A stretch of 64,000 bases of DNA from Pristiophorus japonicus (taxonomy: Eukaryota), in the NCBI RefSeq assembly GCF_044704955.1, contig NC_092002.1:5952001-6016000 (forward strand), read 5' to 3'. The stretch's first letter is position 1, and every line of letters begins with the position of its first letter. Both the position numbers and the translations under genes were made by a program. The notes below the pieces were generated by a model, which worked only from the letters and a program-made list of their open reading frames with translations, was not told where the DNA came from and did no database searches. Below, one piece after another: positions 1-10,965 of this stretch.

Positions 1-246
1 GGTCGAGACACTGAAATAGCACTGGCCTCACAGGGGACATGGGTCAGGGTCGCAGGTCACCGAAGCACGAGCCAACCAACAGTGAGTCACACGTGCATTA
101 CTTCTGCATTAGTCATTCTCGGTCGCTTCATTCTCTCACGAGCTATTACCCCGCCTCGCCAAACCCTTTATACAATCGAATCAAGGACACTTCCACCTGG
201 GTTTCCCCAGTCAGGTCAAAACAGGAATGTCCCACATTCATAAGCT

Positions 247-716
247 CATAAGAAATAGGAGCAGGAGTCGGCCATTCGGCCCCTCGAGCCTGCTCCGCCA
301 TTCAATGAGATCACGGCTGATCTTCGACCTCAACTCCACTTTCCCGCCCGATCCCCATATCCCTTGACTCCAAAAATCTAGCGATCCCACTCAGCCTTGA
401 ATATACTCAACGACTGAGCCTCCACGGCCCTCTGGGGCAGAGAATTCCAAAGATTCACCACCCTCTGAGTGAAGAAATTCCTCCTCATCTCAGTCCTAAA
501 TGGCCGACCCCTTATCCTGAGACTGTGTGACCCCTGGTTCTAGACTCCCCAGCCCGGGGGGGAAACACCCTCCCTGCATCTACCCTGTCAAGCCCCTGTA
601 AGAATGTTGTATGTTTCAATGAGATCACCTCTCATTCTTCTAAACTCCAGAGAGTATCGGCCCATTCTACTCAATCTCTCCTCATAGGACAGCACCCTCA
701 TCCCAAGAATCAATCT
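247..716 (-). mobile_element. CR1 3' fragment (representative). Others at ~28887-29375, 32335-32800, 33989-34525, 37032-37322, 40459-40726, 47170-48058, 49877-50575, 54455-55250, 56630-57320, 58726-58900, 62135-62872
   Basis: Shared tail ATAAGAAATAGGAGCAGGAGTCGGCCATTCGGCCCCTCGAGCC and LGLYSLEFRRMRGDLIE translations. Confidence 0.85.
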
Positions 717-2733
717 TCCTGGTCTATACCGAGTCTGTTGATCGGAGTCAGGATGGCTGCTACAAGGGACAGAAGGTGGGACTCATTTATTTAATACCAC
801 ATCATACAATAACTTGTATTTATATAGGGCCTTTAACGTAGTGAAATGTCCCAAGGTGCTTCACAGGAGTATGAGATTCAAAATTTGACACTGAGCTGCA
901 TAAGTAGAAATTAGCGCAGGTGACCAAAAAGATATCGGTTTTAAGGAGCTTCTTGAAGGGAGGAAAGAGAGGTCGAGAGGTTTAGGCAGGGAGTTCCAGA
1001 GCTTGGGGCCCAGGCAACAGAAGGCACGGCCACCGATGGCTGAGCGATTATAATCAGGGAGGCTCAAGAGGGCAGAATTAGAGGAGCGCAGACATCTCGG
1101 GGGGGAAGTTGTGGGGCTGGAGGAGATTACAGAGATAGGGAGGCGTGAGGGGCCATGGAGGGATTTGTAAACAAGGATGAGAATTTTGAAATTGAGGCAT
1201 TGTTTAACCAGGAGCCAATGTGGGTCAGCGAGCACAGGGGGGTGATGGGTGAGCGGGACTCGGTGCAAGTTAGGACACGGATAACCAAATTACAGGGTAT
1301 TTGTATATACGTAAAAACCAGGCTGAGCCCTCAGCAAATTCTATGACGAGCAACCTCTGTTGAACTGGTCTTATAGCACTGCAGTTACAACGTCACATAT
1401 TTATTTACAAGCGTAGTTTAGCAACACTCGGGTAGAAATTGTGACTCATGTTCTCAAAACAAGCCCCGCGTTGTACCAGCACAGAGGGGAGGTTTTGTAC
1501 AGGAACCGAACATCTCTATCGCCACAGCTTGACGCGTTGACAAGCTGCCAGTCAGGATTAGAAAAACCCGCAGAAACACGAGGAATTTTCCCAAGGTTTG
1601 CTCATAGGGAATTCCCTTGGACCTTATCAGGAACTGCAGGGACTTTCATCTGCAGTGTTTGGAATGCTTCAACAGAGAACAGGAATGAAACGACTTTGGA
1701 AATTACTTGGAAGGACATAGAATTTACACAAACAGATCATTCAGTTCAACGGGTCTGTGCCGGTGTTTATGCACAAGCCTCATCCCACCCTACCCTTCTA
1801 TTTCTCTCTCCCTCGTGTGCTTATCTAGCTTCCTGGTAAATGCATCATCATCATTATAGGCAGTCCCTCGGAATCGAGGAAGACTTGCTTCCACTCCTAA
1901 CATGAGTCCTTAGGTGGCTGAACAGTCCAATACGAGAGCCACAGTCCCTGTCACAGGTGGGACAGAGAGTGGTTGAGGGAAGGGGTGGGCGGGACTGGTT
2001 TGCCGCACGCTCCTTCCGCTGCCTGTGCTTGGTTTCTGCACGCTCTCGGCGACGAGACTCGAGGTGCTCAGCGCCCTCCCGGATGCATTTCCTCCACTTA
2101 GGGCGGTCTTTGGCCAGGGACTCCCAGGTGGCAGCGAGTTCCACATTCTCACCACTCTCTGGGTAAAGAAGTTTCTCCTGAATTCCCCATTGGATTTATT
2201 CGTGGAAACATCTTGTACCGTATCGAACCCCTTCATAATTTTAAAGACCTCTATCGGGTCACCCCTCGGCAGGTTCAGTCTTTGTTGATAGTTAGAACGA
2301 GTTTGGTTCCTCTATTTTATTGCGTTTGCAAAAAATTTGTATTTTAAAAAATTTGGGATGGATTCTATACCCAAGGACAGACAAGCAGAAGCAATGATGT
2401 TTTAGAAAGGTGATGTTGATGGTGAGGTGTGTGTTGGGATTGCTAAACTAGGTGCCCCTGAATTGGGGAAATCAATTAGCGTTCCTGCTCCTGATGACAA
2501 ACCAGTGAAACATCCTGGAAGGGGCTTGGGGCAAGGAAGGGGGAAAAAAAAAAAAATCAGGATTTGTCTGCAAATTGGTTCCCACTCTCATATAGCCCAT
2601 CAACAGACTATTGAGGTAAGATCAACCATGAATGACAGAACAGGCCAGAGGTGCTGAACGGCCTCCTCCTCTTCCTATCTTATACACGAGGACAAGCCAT
2701 TTATGATCCACAATGAATATATCCCGGGTCTGG

Positions 2734-3006
2734 TGTAATGTATGCATCTGCGAGTATGCTCACTGGTTTGTGGAGCTGTTGCTCGGTGAGTGGCTTAGCC
2801 AGTCATGTGATGTTCACAAGACTCAATAAAACCCCGGCCAGTTGGGTCTAAGTCACCCAGGATGAGGTATGCAGTTGTGAGCCTGGTGGATGAATTGGTA
2901 ATGTGTAGTGTGATTGCTAAACCTTTTGCTAATAAACCAACTAGTTCTTAATAGCAATGTGTTGCTGTGAATTCTTAAGCAAAGAACTCGAAGCAAATAC
3001 ATTGCA
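2734..3006 (+). mobile_element. Solo LTR in IkB intron 1
   Basis: TGTAATG...CATTGCA ends, AATAAA, near-TSD TCTGG/CCTGG; a homologous copy lies at 31793-32060. Confidence 0.75.
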
Positions 3007-3261
3007 CCTGGAGTGAGGCTAAGCGTTTAGGATCAGACTGTACGGACACGATGGGCCGAATGGCCTCCCCCTCAATGTTTAATGAGTCTCAATGTTAAAA
3101 CACATTCTGACCGGAATAGATTGCATCTCTCGTCATCCTCTCCTTCACATTCTTACTTGCTCCGACCTCTCTCTCCCACACAGATCCTTTTTGTGCTCTT
3201 CCTCCGCATTCTCCCTCATCTTAAAACTGAACCTCTCCCTTTCATTCTTACCAAGTTGCAT

Positions 3262-3872
3262 ACTGCACATTACTGAGGGAGCGCCGCGCTGTCGGGGGGG
3301 GCGGTGCTGAGGGAGCGCCGCACTGTCGGAGGGGCAGTGCTGAGGGAGCGCCGCACTGTCGGAGGGGCAGTGCTGAGGGAGCGCCGCGCTGTCGGAGGGG
3401 CGGTGCTGAGGGAGCGCCGCACTGTCGGAGGGGCAGTGCTGAGGGAGCGCCGCACTGTCGGAGGGGCGGTGCTGAGGGAGCGCCGCACTGTCGGAGGGGC
3501 GGTGCTGAGGGAGCGCCGCACTGTCGGAGGGGTGGTGCTGAGGGAGCGCCGCGCTGTCGGAGGGGCAGTGCTGAGGGAGCGCCGCGCTGTCGGAGGGGCG
3601 GTGCTGAGGGAGTGCTGCGCTGTCTTTCAGATGAGACATTAAACCGAGGCTCTGTCTGCCCTCTCGGGTGGGCGGAAAAGATCCCACGGCCACTATTTCA
3701 AAGAAGAGCCGGTGTCCTGGGGCTAATATTTATCCCTCAATCAACATCACTAAAAAAAAACAGATTATCTGGGTCATTATCACATTGCTGTGTAGTGGGA
3801 GCTTGCTGTGCGTAAATTGGCTGCCGCGTTTCCCACATTACAACAGTGACTACACTCCAAAAAATACTTCAC
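3262..3872 (+). mobile_element. Same SINE, 5'-truncated, ~10 x 33-bp units
   Basis: Unit GTGCTGAGGGAGCGCCGCACTGTCGGAGGGGCA followed by the SINE core. Confidence 0.8.
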
Positions 3873-4099
3873 TGTGATGACCAGAGATGCTGTACAAAAG
3901 ATTTATTTAGATCCCCCGGCTGAATGAGCAGGAATATGGATAATTCCTTAGCCTGAGAATCACATTCAAAGCCACAACATTCTTATTTTTAAGAATAAAA
4001 ACGTTCATGTTAATAATCATTCATGGAAATGGTTTAAGTATCAAACACGTGGTGGGGAGGGAAGAGGGCGATTGTTACAACATTTAAAACAAAACTTAC

Positions 4100-4356
4100 G
4101 TGTCCCCATCTTCACTCCTGAACCACGTCCAGTTCTGGGCTCGGCTCTGCTCCTCCACACTGCCAGAGCTGACAGTTAAATGTTCCATCTGATCAGAAAT
4201 GCTGTTCAGGCTCTCATCCGCCTCTTGCATGGAGTCGATGCCACTGTCCAGCCGATCCCCCTCCAGCCCGAACTTGGCATCCTGAAGTTTGACATGCCTC
4301 CTCCTGTTCTGGTCGCTTTCAAGAACTCCTCTGAAATTGACCGAGAGATCAGCCAT
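4100..4356 (-). CDS. NF-kB inhibitor (IkappaB-alpha-like), coding exon 1; downstream exons lie left of the window
   Basis: Translates MADLSVNFRG...DRLDSGIDSMQE...WTWFRSEDGDT. It contains the DSGxxS IKK/beta-TrCP phosphodegron and the EDGD entry into ankyrin repeat 1. The exon ends at a phase-2 GTAAGT donor (4099-4094), as IkB exon 1 does. Kozak context is GCGATGG. The DRxDSGxDSM context is closer to NFKBIA than to NFKBIB, but orthology is unresolved. Confidence 0.88.
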
Positions 4357-4494
4357 CGCCTTGTTCACTTAAAATATATATTTTCCCCTTTTTACAAAAC
4401 TACTTTTTCCCCTCTTCCTTGGGTAACTTTTTGCAGCCAGGCCACACACACACACACACACACACACTGTGTTCTCTGCACTCTCTGGCTATCT

Positions 4495-4590
4495 GCTTCA
4501 GACTGCCAATGTGGGAGGAAGCTTATAAAAACTTTATTACACAGCCACGCCTCGCTATGTCTGATTTTAGACAGGGGAATACCACACATG
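4495..4590 (-). promoter_or_regulatory. Putative IkB gene proximal promoter
   Basis: TATA-like TTTATAAG on the - strand at ~4522-4529 and a kB-like GGGGAATACC at ~4574-4583, upstream of the ATG. A (TG)n tract lies in the presumed 5' UTR. Confidence 0.45.
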
Positions 4591-6647
4591 TGACTGGGTG
4601 CTTTTTTAACGTGACTAATTAAATGACTATCTTCTTTTATTACAAAGTTAAAACCCTGGCTCCTTTTTCAATTGCCTTCTTTTGGAGTCTTGATAAAAAA
4701 AACTCCCAAACTTTTTAAAAACTTTTAATCTGGGTGGCTTTTAAATGTACACATTTTAGGCACAGGGCGGAAGGAAATGGTTTTTTAGCTATTTCCTCCG
4801 ACAATTTTTCAGAATTTATAAGGTAAAAATCCCTCTCCCTCCCCTATTTATATCTACTGCGGATATTTTAAGAAATGGGAGTAGGATTCGGCCCTTCGAA
4901 CCTGCCCTGCTAACTTTTCAGGGCTTGAGGGAGTTTAAGTGCATTGAGAAGGTTAAGAACTGTTTTGAATGTGGTCTTTAAAATAATGAAGGAAGATTAA
5001 CAGGTTTTAAAAAAAATTCATATCATCTTTAAACTCTTTCTTCCCCTTTTACGATTTGCATTTAGGGTTAGGATTGCAGTCAGATAGAAAAATAAAGATT
5101 TGCATTTATATAGCGCCTTGCACAACCACCGGATGTCTCAAAGTGCTTTTACAGCCAATGAAGTACTTTTTGGAATGTAGTCACTGTTGTAATGTGTGGG
5201 GAACGTGGCAGCCACTTTGTGCACAGCAAGCTCCCACAAATCCCAGGCTGCAGCGGTTCAAGAAGGCGGCTCACCACCACCTTCTCCAGGGGCAATTGGT
5301 TATCCAAAACTCGGTTGCCCCGTGTCCTAACTCGCACCGAGTCCCGTTCACACATCACCCCCTGTGCTCACTGCCCCGTGTCCTAACTCGAACCAAGTCC
5401 CGCTCACCCATCACCTCCTCTGCTTGCTGGCCTGTGTCCTAACTCGCACCGAGTCTCGCTCACCCATCGCCCCCTGTGCTCGCTGCCCCGTGTCCTAACT
5501 CGCACCATGTCCCGTTCACCCATCGCCCCCTGTGCTCACTGCCCCGTGTCCTAACTCGCACCGAGTCCCGCTCACCCGTCGCCCCCTGTGCTCGTTGCCC
5601 CGTGTCCTAACTCGCACCGAGTCCCGCTCACCCATCACCTCCTCTGCTCGCTGGTCTGTGTCCTAACTTGCACCGAGTCCCACTCACCCATCACCCCGCT
5701 GTGCTCGCTGACCTACATTGGCTCCCGGTTAAGCAACGTCTTGATTTCAAAATTCTCATCCTTGTTTACAAATCCCTCCATGGCCCTCGCCCCTCCCTAT
5801 CTCTGTAATCTCCTCCAGCCCCACAACCCCCCGAGATGTCTGCGCTCCTCTAATTCTGCCCTCCTGAGCATCCCTGACTGTAATCGCTCAACCATCGGCG
5901 GCCGTGCCTTCTGTTGCTCTGGAACTCGCTGCCTAAATCTCTCCGCATCTCTTTCCTCCTTCAAGATGCTCCTTAAAACCTACCTCTTTGACCTAGCTTT
6001 CGGTCACCTGCGCTAATTTCTACTTATGTGGCTCAGTGTCAAATTTTTAATCCCATAATACTCCTGTGAAGCGCCTTGGGGCGTTTCACTACGTTAAAGG
6101 CGCAATATAAATACCTCCGCCCCCCCCCCAAAAAAAATTAGATATGGGTAATAAATGCCGGCCTTGCCAGCGACGCCCACATCCTGTGAATGAATAGAAA
6201 GTCAGGGGTCACTGGATAATAATCAGGAACCCTGGCTGATTCTCCAACAATGGGCAACTCCTCCAGTTCAGTCCCAGCTCGAATCGATGAGCTCTGCAAC
6301 GAGCAGGGAAGCCCTCTGGCCCGCTTTCTCCGAACATGACCAGGCCTGTCGAGTATTCCGATACGTGCTCAGCGAGTGAGTTTGAAAAGCGAAATTGGTT
6401 TGACCTTTCAGTGAAGTACGACTCAGCACAGGCTGGGAATCGAAGCTGGGATCTTCCTTGTACAGGCTTGACACGTGTACTCACTGACTCAACCCACTGA
6501 GTCACCCGGCTGACTCCCGTGTGCTCCCGGCTGGAATATAATCAATGCTGTAAAATATGCAAAAACGGCAATAACTGACATTTATTCATTTTCTTTTTCT
6601 TAGGCAATCCCTCGAAACGAGGATGACTTGCTTCCACACCAAAAAGG

Positions 6648-6893
6648 CGCAGTGTCTCTGCACCTTGATACAAACTCACACCAGGCATGGATATATCAGA
6701 CTCTGTGACCTTCACTTTATTCCCAGGACGAAAGAGTGCTGATCCTGGGTGGGACCTCCCCTTTTATACCTGGAAGCCCAGGTGAGGAGCTCACTCCCTG
6801 TGGTCAAGGTGTGCATTACAAGGGTTCAGGTACAGTGTGCATGAGTTACAGTTACATACTTATAGTCATTGCAAGATGGTGAAGTACATGACA
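6648..6893 (-). mobile_element. Solo LTR inserted in an RTE-derived short element
   Basis: TSD AAAGG (6643-6647 and 6894-6898). The - strand starts TGTCATGT and contains TATAAAA and AATAAA. Confidence 0.75.
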
Positions 6894-8473
6894 AAAGGGA
6901 TGAGTTCACAGGTATTTCAATGACATTCCCAGTCCCGAACTACATCCTGAAGGGTGGAAGATGCCTGTGGGTGGGATTTTTTTAACGTGGGGTGACCGTT
7001 GCACACCAGCCACCACACGGGGCTTGACAGAGCGAGGTCTTGGTCCAGTGGCAAGGGTTAACCAGGACGACTGGAGACCAGCTCTGCTGCACGGATCTAG
7101 TGAGTTCGAGGCCCAGAAGAGGCGAGAGACCCAGGGGGCAGCACGGGCCAGCCCACACTGCGATATGGGCTGCATTTATATAGCGCCTTGAGCACAGTAA
7201 AACATCCCCACGCATTTCACAGGAGCGTAATCAAACTAAATTTGACACCGAGCCGCATGAGGAGATATTAGGGCAGGTGATCAAAAAGCTTGGTCAAAGA
7301 GGTAGGTTTTAAGGAGCGACTTAAAGGAGGAGAGAGAGGCGGAGAGGTTGAGGGAGGGAGTTCCAGAGCTTGGGGCCCAGGCAACAGAAGGCACGGCCAC
7401 CGATGGTGGAGCGATTATAATCAGGGATGCTCAAGAGGGCAGAATTAGAGGAGCGCAGAGATCTCGGGGGGGTTGTGGGGCTGGAGGAGATTACAGAGAT
7501 AGGGAGGGGCGAGGGCCATGGAGGGATTTGTAATCAAGGATGAGAATTTTGAAATTGAGGCGTTGCTTAACTGGGAGCCAATGTGGGTCAGCGAGCACAG
7601 TGGGTGATGGGTGAGCGGGACACAGTGCGAGTTAGGACACAGGGCAGCGAGCACAGGGGGTGATGGGTGAGCGGGACACAGTGTGAGTTAGGACACAGGG
7701 CAGCGAGCACAGGGGGTGATGGGTGAGCGGGACACAGTGCGAGTTAGGACACAGGGCAGCGAGCACAGGGGGTGATGGGTGAGCGGGACACAGTGCGAGT
7801 TAGGACACAGGGCAGCGAGCACAGGGGGTGATGGGTGAGCGGGACACAGTGCGAGTTAGGACACGGGGCAGCGAGCACAGGGGGTGATGGGTGAGCGGGA
7901 CTCGGTGTGAGTTAGGACACGGGGCAGCCGAGTTAGATTAAGTGAATAGCTGTGAATGGGTGGAAAGCTGGAATGTGACCGAGGCGTTTAAGTGTCACCG
8001 TGACCAAGTTGGTAAGCACCATGGAAGGTTGGAAAATGATGGGCAGGAATAGATCAGCCGGTCCTTCGAGCTGACCCCAGGCTCATGATGGCTGAGATGT
8101 TCATGGCCAGATGCTTCACGATTCTCCCCCTGCCTCACTTTCGACCCCCCACCATGTCCCGCACCCTCACAGACATGTCAAATCCTGGGAGAAGCTAAAA
8201 ACCCCAGGGCCAGTAAGAGTCAAAAATTCGCTGGAAGGTTCCTCTCCGACTCTCCCGCAGGTGATTGCACCCAGTCCAGGAGACTGCACTGACCCAGTGA
8301 TATCTTTTAATCCACTCACTGCCTTTCTGATACAATCCCCGCTCCAGTCAGGAACCGGTCCTGCTCTTGCTTACAGGCGATACAGAGAATCCGCCCCCAT
8401 CGTACCAGACGGCAATGTATTCCAGAAACATTTTCACTCTGAGTTGCAAGGTTGTGGGCCAATGTTCCCCCAG

Positions 8474-8915
8474 TGTCAGCCGTGGCTCAGTGGGCACTCT
8501 CGCCTCTGAGTCAGAAGGTTGTAGGTTCAAGTCCCACTCCAGGGACCCGAGCACATAAATCCAGGCTGACACTCCCAGTGCAGTACAGAGGGAGTGCCGC
8601 ACTGTCGGAGGGGCAGTGCTGAGGGAGCGCCGCACTGTCGGAGGTGCCATCTTTCGGATGAGACGTTAAACCTGTCTGCCCTCTCAGGTGGACGTGAAAG
8701 ATCCCACGACCACTATTTCGATGGAGATCAGGGGAGTTTGCCCTGGGGCCAATATTTATCCCTCAATCAACATCACAAAAACAGATAATCTGGGTCATTA
8801 TCACATGGCTGTTAGTGGGAGCTTGCTGTGCGCAAGTTAGCTGCTGCATTTCCCACATTACAACAGTAACTTTAAAAAGTACTTCCTTGGCTGTAAAGCA
8901 TCTTGGGGTGTTATG
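8474..8915 (+). mobile_element. tRNA-derived SINE with Deu-domain-like core (DeuSINE/SacSINE-like); near-full copy with 2 internal 33-bp units
   Basis: A-box TGGCTCAGTGG and B-box GGTTCAAGTCC. Core CTTTCGGATGAGACGTTAAA...AAGATCCC. In other copies the tail ends GGCGCTATATAAATGCAAG(TCTT)n. Confidence 0.8.
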
Positions 8916-9207
8916 AGGTGGGGACAGTTTTTCTTTCAGCGAGGGTACCGAGAGGAGGAAGTTACAAAGATGCTGGAGGTGCTCGATGCAAAAAGTGAGT
9001 CTCATGTTCCCCCTGCTGGTATAACATTGCAACTGCATACAGCGGAGCTGGTCTCCATTTGTGTGAAGATCCCAGGGTAAATACCCTGATCCTACTCTCA
9101 CAGTGCAGAATCCCGGCTGAAGGGACTGCAGAGTTATAACACTGTAGCATTAGTGTATTGACCCTCGAGCTCTTTATTAGAAGCTGAGCCCAGTGCCCCA
9201 GTATAAA

Positions 9208-9945
9208 AGCAAAGAAAGGCTTGCATTTATATATCGCCTTTCCCGACTTTAGGACGTCCCATAGCGCTTTACAGCCAATAAAGTACTTCTTGGAATGCAG
9301 TCACCATTGTAATGTGGGAAACGCGGCAGCTAATTTGCGCACAGCAAGCTCCCACACACAGCAATGTGATAATGACCCGATCATCTGTTTTTGTTATGTT
9401 GATTGAGGGATAAATATTGGCCCCAGGACACCGGGGAGAACTCCTCTGCTCTTCTTCGAAATCGTGCCATGGGATCTTTTATGTCCACCTGAGAGAGCAC
9501 ACGGGGCCTCGGTTTAATGTCCCATCCGAAAGACAGCACCTCCGACAGTGCAGCGTTCCCTCAGTACTGCCCCTCCGACAGTGCGGCGCTCCCTCAGTAC
9601 TGCCCCTCCGACAGTGCAGTGTTTCCTCAGTACTGCCCCTCCGACAGTGCGGCGCTCCCTCAGTACTGCCCCTCCGACAGTGCGGCACTCCCTCAGTACC
9701 GCCCCTCCGACAGTGCGGCGCTCCCTCAGTACCGCCCCTCCGACAGTGCGGCGCTCCCTCAACACTGCCCCTCCGACAGTGCGGCGCTCCCTCAGCACTG
9801 CCCCTCCGACAGTGCGGCACTCCCTCAGCACTGCTCCTCCGACAGTGCGGCGCTCCCTCAGCACTGCATTGGAAGTGTCAGCCAAGATTTTGTTCTCAAG
9901 TCTCTGGAATGGGACTTGAACCCGTGACCTACTGAACTGAGCCAC
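9208..9945 (-). mobile_element. Same SINE, ~10 x 33-bp units
   Basis: Reverse-complement copy with tail, core, array and B-box. Confidence 0.8.
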
Positions 9946-10965
9946 ATATGAACTATATGTCCCAAACTCAGGATTCTGTGATGTTTATGTGATTACATTT
10001 CCTTCGGATGCCTTGCATGTGTGAGCGCAGATTATTCCCAAGGGCACAAGCCTCTTAATGGAGGCACAACATTGCTGTTCCCATCCCCTCTTATCTCAAT
10101 TTCATGGGCTCTGGGTTACTTCTGGTGTCTCACTTAAGTGGCCACTTGCCACGTCAGTGCCCAGGCAACGAGTATCAGTACGATATTTGACCTTGGGGAG
10201 CATCACAATTGTCCCCAGTTCTGCTTACGCCCGATGATGGGAATTCTGCTTTTTGTTATCAGTCATTTCTTTGTACATGGGAGAGAGGGCATTCAGCATC
10301 TGTTTTCCTTCTTGCAAGGCTCAGTTGGTGACTAGAGAAATCGGAATCAGATCTTCAGACAGCATCAGCAACTCTGAGGCTCTGTCCCTTTAAGAGACGA
10401 TTGGGGAAAGAAATCAGCACGGCAGCGCCACCGGATGGCAATAACAAGTACTGCAGCAACTTAATGAAATGCTCAATGCTGCCTAATTCCATTGTAGGTG
10501 TGGGAGGGGAGGGGGCTTTCCATAAAGACAAATATAGCAGTACTCTTGCCACAAAGTCAGAAGGCTGTGGGCTCAAAATCCACTCCAGGATATAAACCTC
10601 TAATCCAGGCTGACGCTCCCAGTGCAGTGCTGAGGGAGCCCCGCACTGTCGGAGGTGCCGTCTTTCTAGATGAGACGTTAAACCGAGGCCCCGTCTGCTC
10701 TCTCAGGTCGACATTAAAGATCCCGCGGCCACTATTTTTGAGGGGGTGTTCTCCCTGGTTCTCGATTTTAAAATTCCCATCCTTGTTTTCAGATCCCTCC
10801 ATGGCCTCGCCCCTCCCTGGCTCTGTAACCTCCTCCAGCCCCACAACCCTCTGCGATCTCTGCGCTCCTCCAACACTGGCGTCTTGCACATCCCCCGATT
10901 TCCTTCGCTCCTCCATTGGTGGCCGTGCCTTCTGTTGCCTGGGCTCCAAGCTCTGGAATTACCTC

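Noticed and set aside
8474-8545. tRNA gene
   Set aside because: A/B boxes are present, but the sequence continues into the SINE body and recurs as the head of many copies.
10410-10430. REST/RE1 site for the connexin (TCAGCACGGCAGCGCC)
   Set aside because: The half-sites are collapsed and lack the GGACAG core and canonical spacing; too weak to call.
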